Source: the human T2T-CHM13v2.0 reference genome, Homo sapiens
Direction: 5' to 3' (one strand)
DNA: 64,000 nucleotides
Assembly: GCF_009914755.1 (NCBI RefSeq)
Contig: NC_060930.1
In this document: positions 54,173 to 64,000 of the stretch, in pieces
Layout: every line of letters begins with the position of its first letter
Numbering within the stretch: the first letter of the stretch is position 1
The notes under the pieces: model-generated
Database searches by the model: none
Told to the model about the DNA's origin: nothing
Seen by the model: the letters and a program-made list of their open reading frames with translations, nothing else
Translations under genes and position numbers: made by a program

Positions 54173-56827
54173 TTGAAATATTCCAAAGCCAAAAATGTGG
54201 ACATTGACCCCAACTGCAAAAATACCTCAGCAAATTCCAAAGTCTTGAAGACTTCTGAGTAGATCCCCCCGTGGGTGAGGAGGCCAACCACAAGCAACAC
54301 TCAGTGGTAGCAGGAGGTGGCAGGGGTGAGGGCAGGAAGCAGTGCCCCTCTCAGTCTCCCAGCAGACCTGCCACCATGATCAGCCAGCCCTCTATACCAC
54401 CCACTGGCCAGCCCATCCTGGAAGATGCCAAGTGGACAAGCCAGCACTCAGACACACAGATTTGGGAAAGTGAAAAACCATTTAGCCCTGGGGCTTGAGG
54501 CAGGGAAAGGGATGGGATGGGCAAGAAGTGCATGGCCATGCCCAGTCCCAGGACAGGGAACAAAAAAGGACAAGCCTGGAGTTATTAGGATGGGCCTTTG
54601 TACTGAGTAGCAATGTGTACACCATTTGGGCTATCAGAGTTCCCCTGGACAGGAGCCTCAACATCCCCTTCCCTCTCCTCTATGATTCTTTACATCCTAA
54701 CTTCTTCTGAGAGGGGAGAGCAAGGGAGATTTTATATATATATATATATAATTTTAAATTATTGATAGTTCATCTGGATTACCAAAATCTGCAGCCCTAC
54801 CATAGCTAGTAGGCTGCAACCCTGGTCCCCACACCTAACATCTTCCTGCTCCCCTTCCAGCCAACTATGCAGCCCACAAGAAGGCTCTGCAGGCCCCATT
54901 GCCCAGCACCATCCCATGGAAGGCTCTGGTGGTACCCCTGAGCCCCAGGAGAACCGGCACCTTGATCTTGTAGGGTTTATCATCACCATGTTCTCTCTCT
55001 GCTGTCCCTACCATGCCCTTCTGCCATCTTCTGGGAGAAGGAAACCAAAGGATCTAAAACTGGGGCTTGGGGGAAGATTCTAGCCTCTCCTCACTCCCCT
55101 CTCCCCACACTCTTTACTCCCCAGCCCAGAGAGATGCTGCTCATATCAGGAAAGACTATATTGAAAGATGATTTATGTTTCTCTGACCTTTCCATCCCTG
55201 GGAAAATGGGAAAAAAAATCAACAATTAAAAAACAAGAAATCAGAAATCCCCCAATGAATCCACAGAAAATGATGTCTATCCTCTCCCCTTGGATTTTTG
55301 TTTTTGGAAATATTTTTAAGTTGCCTTATTGTGGAGTGGGAATCCGAAATACCCAAATGTCTGTTTTCCACGATGGAGAGCCAACCCAAAGAGCTCCCAC
55401 CTTCTCTGGATGTGCCTGGTCTTGGACTCCCTAGAATCTTTCTCTGGGCTGCTGCATGTACACAGCCTCTGTCCTGGAGGCAAGAGTTTGTGGTGGCTTG
55501 GATCAGAACCATGCCCAAGATATCCTTGCTATTGCATCGTTTGAAGCTGACATCCTGTGTCTGTACACAGCTGCTACCGTTGTGTCCCTGCTCTGCTTGC
55601 TATTGCCTCATGTCAGGCCCCGTCCTGCCGTGACGTCCTGCATCCTACCCATGAAACCCCAAGGCCAAGTTTGTTTCAAACTTTTGGAGAACAAACTTGG
55701 CCTGCATCTGGAACATACTTGTTCTCAGCTGGAACATGTCCCCTACCCCAGAGAGAAAAGGTGAACACCCACAGCTGAGGCTTGGAAATGTTTCCTGTGT
55801 TGACCTGAAAGATCTCTGAGACGTCAAGGAGGCTCTGTCTCTCTTAAAAAGTGGAGAAAGTTGCCATTCTCCTCCTAGGGCCTGGTCTCATCCCCCCTCT
55901 GTAAGCCATCTATCTCTGCCCACCCTCCAATTGACCCCACCTGGGAATGAGGGATGAAAAGGAGGTGGGGGCCAGGAGGGAACCCTGCCAGCTGGTGAAG
56001 CCCTGTGGCAGGAAAATAGATGTGGACATAGAGTATACCTGACTTCTCTTCTTCAGCCACTGACTGGGTTGGGCTGTGAATGACAATGGAATGGCTGAAG
56101 TCTGCTGTCATCAGAAGCTAGGGAGGGTGATGAAGGACTGACCCACACAGACTGGGATGTGTCTTGGATACAGGGATAACTCCTTGTTCACTCTCAGTGG
56201 GATCTGGGCAACACAGAGGAGTTTGGTGGTCCTGTTGCTCACTTACTCAGTGTCTTTGACCCTCCTTTTCAACTGGTTCCTCTGTTGAGCCCAAAGGCTG
56301 GAAGTAGGAGACAGTACCACAGGCTGACAAAGTCTTGCCTGTTACCTTGGCATCTCATTGCTTTTAGCCTGGGCCCTTCCTTGCCTTTGACCTCCCAGTG
56401 GTTAGTATGTGGGAAGCCCATTTCAGTTCCTATGACCCATGTCTCAAACCATGGTCTCTGCTATGACAGTGGAATCTGAGGCCTTTCCCTGCTCAGTCTG
56501 GTGCCTGCTCTGCATCATACCAGATACTGGCCTCCTGGACCCCCTCCTCCTTCCCTTTATTCCTTCTTTCCTTCAGGTCACGCAGCCATGTACTGTATCC
56601 AGCACCACAGAAACTTCATTGTTTTTCCTATGCTGCTTCTGGGGGCACAAAGAAGCCTTGGGATGTGGGGGAAGGCTGTTCTTATCTGGGGTTTACTCCC
56701 AGGCCAGGGGGGCTGCCATCTTCTTCACACACATTCCTCAAAGAGGAAGCCCCTTTGGGGCAGGGAGGTAAGGACTTCATCTCAACATAGATTGGTGGTC
56801 GGCACGAGCAGAGGGGGATACTTTTGG

Positions 56828-57137
56828 CTTTTTTTTTTTTTTTTTTTTTTTTTTGACACGGAGTCTTGTTCTGTCACCCAGGCTAAAGTGCAATGGTTTG
56901 ATCTTGGCTCACTGCAACCTCCGCCTCCTGGGTTCAAGCCATTCTTCTGTCTTAGCCTCCCTGAGTAGCTGGGACTACAGGCATGCACCACCATGTCCAA
57001 CTAATTTTTATACTTTTAGTAGAGATGGGGTTTCACCATGTTGACGAGGCTGGTCTCGAACTCCTGACCTCAGGTGATCTGCCCGCCTAGCCCTCCCAAA
57101 GTGCTGGGATTACAGGCATGAGCCACCGTGCCCGGCC
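56828..57137 (-). mobile_element. Alu inside the LARP1 pseudogene
   Basis: Reverse dimer with T tract. Confidence 0.92.
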
Positions 57138-58015
57138 TCTTTTTTTCTTTTCTTCACATTCTTTTCTTTCTTTTTTTTGTTTTCTCTTTTTTTTTTTTTT
57201 TTTTTTTTGTAAAATGATAGGAGTTAATGTTGCAAAGAGTAGTTTACATATTCAATTTCTGAAGACACTTGAATTTAGGACCGATGTATCTGTGACAAGC
57301 ATGCTAGAAGTGGCAGGGGCCATCAGGGCTAGCTACTTCATACCCACTATCCTCCCCTGGGGATCCAAGACCTGAGACACAAAGCAACAGCCTGCCGAGA
57401 TCTCTCTTTTCATCATATCTCTTTCAAGGTTTGTCCATGCCAACACAACCTTTGGGCATCAAACATCAGAAGGTCTGTGTGTCTCAGCCCTGTTAAGGGG
57501 CAGGTTTCTCTTTCACCTGCTCTTGCACCTGGGAACAAATGCACTACCAGTAGAGAAGGGCCATCAGCCCTCCCCCAGCCTAGACCGCTGGGGCTCAGAT
57601 AGAGGTGCTAAGCCCCTAGGTCAAAGTTGTTAAATATTTTTGTGTTGTTCTATCAGTCCCTTTCCTGGTGATTGATTTTACAAAAGTAAGTAAGCTGCTT
57701 AGAAGGCCCTGGAAGTGAGGAGAAGAGCCAAGGAAGATGACTACGGAGGGTGAGGGTTGTTTTTTTCAAAAAAGGCTAGGTAGAGTGATCTGAATTATCT
57801 GGTACCCTCCTGAATGGAATCCTCCCATGTTGAAGGGTCCTTGGATTTTCCCCAGCCCCCACCCTCTCCCACTTCAGGCACGTTGATAGTAGAAAAGATA
57901 AGAACTCAGAGCTATTTCTCATTGGAGACAAAAACTTGTCATCTGGCTTTGTAGAGAAGGTTGCACCTTACGCTCATAATAGATTATCTTTACTATGGGC
58001 TAGGGTATCATATTT

Positions 58016-58104
58016 ATTTATTTATTTATTTTTATTTTTTTATTATTATACTTTAAGTTTTAGGGTACATGTGCACAACGTGCAGGTTTGTTACATATGT
58101 GTAC
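58016..58104 (-). mobile_element. Extremely 5'-truncated L1PA insertion
   Basis: TTATTATTATACTTTAAGTTTTAGGGTACATGTGCACAACGTGCAGGTTTGTTACATATGT (L1PA 3' end), flanked by 14-bp TSD AGGGTATCATATTT. Confidence 0.93.
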
Positions 58105-58313
58105 AGGGTATCATATTTAAAAGGACAAAAAAAAAGCAACGTCAAATACTTGAATGAGCTTGTATTATAACATTAATATTATTGAAGGTATCTGCTTTCC
58201 AGGCCAAATTGATTCATTTATTATTATAGTCCTGCTTTAGTCCTTTGTACTTTGTGGTAATTATGCTTTCCTTTTCAATACCAAAAAAAAAAGTGTATAA
58301 AAATAAAAACTTG

Positions 58314-58621
<308 letters not shown>

Positions 58622-59826
58622 TAAAAATAAAAATTTGATAAGGCAAAAAAATGTAAAAAATTTATGAACATAATTTAAAACCACTTTACCTTTTTTATAT
58701 TTGAAATGCTTGGATGTAAAAAGCATTTGTGCTTTAAAGACTACATAGAAATCAAATGTACAATCACCTGGCTCTGATACCTTTATAAATGGTAGAACCT
58801 TTAAGAATTTCAACAATTCAGACTAAAATTGACCACTACCCACAGAGACAAAGCCCATTAAAATCCCCTCATAATATCCTGATGGACTTTTCCCAGATAT
58901 TGTAAAGGACAAAGTGGTGCCACTACAGTTTATATAAAACATTATCCCAGCACATAGCAGCTACTTTTTAAAAAATATGCATTGAATGTATTAATTCATT
59001 TGAGAAATCTTAAACTGCAGTCTGTAAAGCAATTCTCTAGTGCATGATTGTTGTTAGAATGTCCGAGAAACAGATTGGGCCTTTTTAAAGAAAACAAACT
59101 GAAGCAGAAAAATTAATACAATAAAAATTTTAAATCTTAGAAAATATTGCAGAGTATGAAAAAATTTTTAAAAATGGAAAAAACAAATTAATGAAATTTA
59201 AATTGGACAAGAAGTTAAAGCTAAGTTAATAATTTAATATATAAAACTTAAGATTAATGATTAGGTAATAGTAAAAAAATGTTCCAAGTGTAAGATTAAC
59301 AGATTAACACTCAGCAGAGAGAGGTATAAAGAAAAGAAATCAAATAGAAGAAATTAGTCATGAAGGATTTGTAAGGAAATTCATGAAGTACGCAAAACTC
59401 CCTAGGCACTGGCTTGGGCGCTGCATATACACAGAGAGATATGGTGGTCCTTGACCTCCTGGAGCCCTCAGTTAAGAAGACTTACAGCTAATGGTTTTCA
59501 TTTACCTTTGTCTTTCACTAAAGCCTAAAAAAGTGTTTCTCATACTCTGGAAATCTTCAGCAAAGTCAAATGAACGTGGGCTCATACAGGAACTACCAAA
59601 TTAATTGCATCAAGGCAAACATATGTATTCTAATTTTTGAGTAATAAAATATTGTTTTAAAATTTCAAAATATTCTTTATAAATACAAAACAATATTTTA
59701 TAAATATTATAGCCAAGTTACAATTACTTTCTAGGAAATTGGGGAGAGCATGAGAAAAAAGGTGAGAGAAATTGAGAAGTACTCAGAAAAGGAATGGAAG
59801 AAGCAAACTCCTACTAAAAAAGGGAG

Positions 59827-60066
59827 GGGCCAGGTGCAGTGGCTCACAGCAATTTGGAAGGCTGAGGCAGGCAGATCATGAGGTCAGGAGTTCCAGACCA
59901 GCCTGGCCAATATGGTGAAACCCCGTCTCTACTAAAAATACAAAAATTAGCCAGGCATGGTGGCATGCACCTGTAGTCCTTGAGCCAAGAGGGCGTCACT
60001 GCACTCCAGCCTGGGTGGCAGGGCGAGACTCCATCTCAAAAAAAAGAAAAAAAAGAAAAAGAAAAA
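59827..60066 (+). mobile_element. Alu with internal deletions
   Basis: Lacks part of the left arm and the first half of the right arm. Confidence 0.88.
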
Positions 60067-60239
60067 GGGGGGTGAGGGAAAGAGCTTGGAGAACTAAAAG
60101 AAACCCACAGCAGAATGTGGTAGAAAGATAGAGAAAAAACAAAAAGGGGACATGAGTAGATAGACCTTGTCATATACTTGGTGTCTCAGTTGTGTGTAAT
60201 ACCTGTCAAATAATAACTGAGATATTTCTCACATTTCTT

Positions 60240-60520
60240 GGGTTTTGGATTAAGTGGATTGATGAAAATGTCACCACATCTGAGAGGTTTTCTCTGACCA
60301 TCAAATGTAAAATGGCACCCTTCTATCCTCATTCTTAACTTGCTGTATGCATTCCTCATTATTCTTAGCACTATCTTACATTTGTTTATTGTTTGCCTCC
60401 CCTTCCAATCCTGAAAACTGTAAGGTCCATAAAAACAGGGAGTTCACCTGTTTTGCTGCTTGTTTCCTAATGCCTAAGGCTGTTCCAGGCACATGGCAGA
60501 CTCTCAAAACGTATTTGCAG
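60240..60520 (-). mobile_element. L2 3' fragment
   Basis: GTAAGGTCCATAAAAACAGGG...TGCCTAAGGCTGTTCCAGGCACATGGCAGACTCTCAA. Confidence 0.65.
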
Positions 60521-61111
60521 CATGACATAATTTCTGACATAATTAAAGTGCACAAATATCTATAACTACAGGAATAGAGGCCACTACTGAGTTGTCACAG
60601 TGGTTCAACTGAATGAGTGACTCGGATTTTCTGGGTTTCACTTTCCTCATCTATACAAGGAGGATAATAATAGTAGATTACTTCTTAAAGTTATTTTAAG
60701 ATAGTTCATGTAAAGCTCTTAAAACAGTGATGGACTTTTAGTAAGCACTTAGCAATATTTAACAGTTATTATATTTTCCTTTTCACTGAGTTAAAATAAA
60801 AATCAGAGTGTTCAAATCTTTTCAGGTCAAAAATGAAAGGGAGAGAATATGAGCTTTTGAACTATTTGAATCCCACCCAAGAAGGGTAATTGGAGAATTT
60901 GAAACAAAGATCACATTATTCAGTGATATTTCTTGACTAAGCATGACTTATTATGTGTTAATGCTACTAAAGTGTAGCTAGAACTGAAGTAGAGATTCCT
61001 AATAGTTCATTATAGAAGCACATGTAGAAAGAATCCTCTTTGTATAGAAAATATTAATGGTGATGGCAAAATGGCACCTAATAACTAAACCCTTCTTATT
61101 TCTTCAATCAG

Positions 61112-61486
61112 GGGAGAGACATGAAGACAGAGGAGAAATGAATGCATAAAATAACTGATAATATGAATCTATACATAGAACTTAGGAAGTCTCATCTGCC
61201 TGAAAATGACTGTGTGGATCCCACCCAAATCCAACTCATCCTGGTTTGCTGCACACTGGTTCATCAAAAGAAGGTTACCGAGGGGAAGGAACTAAAGGTG
61301 TTTGCACTTCATGTTACTTTTTGAGTTTATAAACATAAAAACAGAATTTACTTCTGTTACAGACCTAGTTACTGGGAATTCATTACTTGCCATGGACTAC
61401 CTTTGCTAAGAAAAGTCTGAATGAGAAGATGGCAGGACGTCTGAAAAAAAAAGTTATAATTAATAAAATCTGCGGAGAATTGTAAA
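61112..61486 (+). other. H2BC5: Distal non-coding terminal exon of polyadenylated H2BC5 transcript
   Basis: Branch-like CTAAT/CTAAAC at 61078-61090, then CCCTTCTTATTTCTTCAATCAG|GGGAGAGAC. AATAAA 61462-61467. Donor CAA|GTAAGC at 48696. Matches my recollection of the spliced HIST1H2BD mRNA variant. Confidence 0.8.
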
Positions 61487-61714
61487 TTCTGCCTTCATTG
61501 TTGATCCAAACCTTTCTTCTAAGACCTCCCCTTTCTAGACATCTATCTACCTATTTTCACTTTACTTTCCAGCATCAAGGAGGTCTGAGTGGATAAGGCC
61601 TAAGCACTGATGTGGCTTTGGTAATGAACCTGAAGTTAAAAACTGGTTAGCTTATGCTAAGCTGCCATTTGAAAGGTCTCCTCCAGCATCTGAATTAAGG
61701 GAAACAATGTTTTG

Positions 61715-61830
61715 AAGCAGTCACAAAACTTTTCTGATGCATTAGATCTGAGGTAGGACCTGATAATTTGTACTTCTAAATTATGCAGGTGATGCTGATG
61801 CTGCTGGTCCGGAGACCACTTTGGAGAGTT
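61715..61830. mobile_element. MER5A-like hAT relic
   Basis: TTCTAAA...CAGGTGATGCTGATGCTGCTGGTCCGGAGACCACTTTG. Confidence 0.7.
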
Positions 61831-61899
61831 TTACTTTAAAGGAAATGAAACTGCCCTAAAATGCTAATACTAAATAGCCACACAAAGCCGGAAAAAAGC

Positions 61900-62340
61900 A
61901 AAGAATTTCAAACCGAAGATGAGAGGTCCTGAAAAATAACAGCGGTCATCCTACTCCCGGTGCGGCTATGCGGCCATGAAAAGGAGTCTTGGGGCCGGTC
62001 GTGCCCCTCCACGCAGGCTCCCTCATAGGGTCATCCCATCAACCCTCGCCAAAAACGCCGGCCCCCTCATAGGGCCGTCCGGCCACGCCCCTCCGTGCCC
62101 TAACCACAGAGCCACACGTTACGCCGCCGCCCCGTTACGCCCATCCGGCTCCCGCATAGGGCGTCACGTACGTTTAACGTCGGCCCGGCGCGCGCGTCCG
62201 GGAGGTTGCCCGTAGGCCGCTAACTGGTGGTTCCCAGTCCCCGCCGACTCGGCCTCTTTCTTCTGCGGCCACCAGATCGCGGGATATCGGAGACTTCGAA
62301 CAATCCGCTGGAGTCCTTTACAGTTTAAAAACAGAGGACC
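61900..62340. promoter_or_regulatory. CpG island / TATA-less promoter-like region
   Basis: Dense non-Alu CpGs, KLF/SP site GGCCACGCCCC 62081-62091, CRE-like GCGTCACGTACGT 62161-62173, CGGCGCGCGCG ~62186-62196. Confidence 0.8.
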
Positions 62341-62633
62341 GGCCGGGCGCGGTGGCTCACGCCTGTAATCCCAGCACTTTGGGAGGCCGAGGCGGGCGGA
62401 TCACGAGTTCAGGAGATAGAGACCATCCTGGCTAACACCGTGAGACCCCGTCCCTATCAAAAGTACAAAAAAATTAGCCGGGTGTGGTGGCACGCGCCTG
62501 TAGTCCCAGCTACTCAGGAGGCTGAGGCAGAAGAATCGCTAGAACCAGGGAGGCGGAGGTTGCAGTGACCGAGATCGCGCCGCTGCACTCCAGCCTAGGC
62601 GACAGAGCGAGACTGCGTCTCAAAACAAAAAAA
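62341..62633 (+). mobile_element. Alu (young, CpG-rich)
   Basis: GGCCGGGCGCGGTGGCTCACGCCTGTAATCCC start; AAAAAC(A/G)GAGGA on both flanks. Confidence 0.95.
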
Positions 62634-63112
62634 ACGGAGGATCGAAAATTTTGAAGACTGAGAGCAAGGCAACAATCTTCCCTTGACCTTTTTGCTCCTC
62701 TCACAAGGGTTTTTCAGACGGCTGAAACCAACGAAAAGAGTGAGGAAGCAGGCAGAAAATTTCAGCTTTAGTCTCTCAGCATCCTCCTGCTTTCTTCTCG
62801 GGGAGCTGGCACTTCCCCCTTCTCTAGTAGCTGTAAATACGCCTCCCAACTCCAAGGAGACCTTTCTTGCATCTCCCTTACTGTTCTCACGCCTGTAGGG
62901 CTCTTCGTGTGAGGATTCAGTGTATGTATGTATGTATATGAATGTGTGCGAATAATTATTTCCTAATTGAGTTTTTTTTTAAAAAAATCATCTTCCGGTA
63001 CACGCAGTGCCGTACTCCATTAAACAGCAGGCACGGTGTCTAGGGTCCGCAGTTCTTTTGGAGGCTCATGAAAATATTTTAATTTCTTCTAAAGTCAGAA
63101 GGAAAAAAATGA

Positions 63113-63457
<345 letters not shown>

Positions 63458-63847
63458 TATGCCCACTAATTCCAATTCTTATTTGATCTAATTGTTTATA
63501 GATTCTTGTGAACTTTTACCTTGACAATTATGTTATTTTCAAAGATAATCATCTTTTCCTATTGAATCCTTGCTCTTCTGACTGCCTGTTCCTATCTCAT
63601 GGTATTGGCCAAACCCTGTGATGCCGTGTTGAATAGGAGTACTTTCTCACCACACTTGTCTTCCTTCCGCCTCTATGGGAATCCTTCCAAAACGGCACCA
63701 TTAAGTGTTATACTCGCTGTAGCTCCTCCTTATGAAGTTCTCTTCTCATTGTAGTCTGTTAAGTGTTTATGATTAAAGAGTGTTATATTTTGTTAAATGC
63801 TTTCGCAGTATCTTTGGAGATGATCATGTTTTTTCTTTATTAATCTC

Positions 63848-64000
63848 TTTTTTATTTTATTTATTTTATTTTATTTTATTTTATTTTTTATTATTTTAGT
63901 TTTTATTTTGAGATGGAATCTCACTCTGTCTCCCAGGCTGGAGTGCAGTGCCCTGATCTAAGCTCATTACAACCTCTACCTCCCAGGTTCAAGCGATTCT
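63848..64000 (-). mobile_element. Alu (cut by window end) with (TTTTA)n tail
   Basis: Reverse right arm. Confidence 0.9.

Noticed and set aside
54271-54498. 75-aa LARP1-like ORF as a functional gene
   Set aside because: Starts at GTG within a 5'-truncated retrocopy that has frameshifts and an upstream in-frame stop.

Overview
This is primate (almost certainly human) genomic DNA from the chr6p22 HIST1 replication-dependent histone cluster. It holds four intact histone genes: a divergent pair H2BC4/HIST1H2BC (-, 13672-14052) and H2AC6/HIST1H2AC (+, 14381-14773), linker histone H1-4/HIST1H1E (+, 46527-47186), and H2BC5/HIST1H2BD (+, 48306-48686). Each has a 3' stem-loop and a U7-binding downstream element. 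The most notable structure is a second 3'-end pathway. Three of the four genes have a strong splice donor in or just after the 3' UTR, and each has a candidate distal non-coding terminal exon with poly(A) signals 8-13 kb away (~5020-5283 on -, 28205-~29265 on +, 61112-~61486 on +). The two H2B distal exons share a 19-nt motif (17/19 identical). Also present: an orphan H2A-type divergent promoter arm next to H2BC5; a 5'-truncated LARP1 processed pseudogene (54173-58651) inside the H2BC5 intron with nested insertions; a CpG-island promoter at ~62 kb; a MaLR LTR-int-LTR element; a MADE1 palindrome; and about 40 Alus plus other SINE/LINE/LTR/DNA repeats. Nearly all other ORFs in the track come from Alus or are chance ORFs. 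Gene names and repeat families are recognised by eye and from memory, not by database search; repeat boundaries are approximate.
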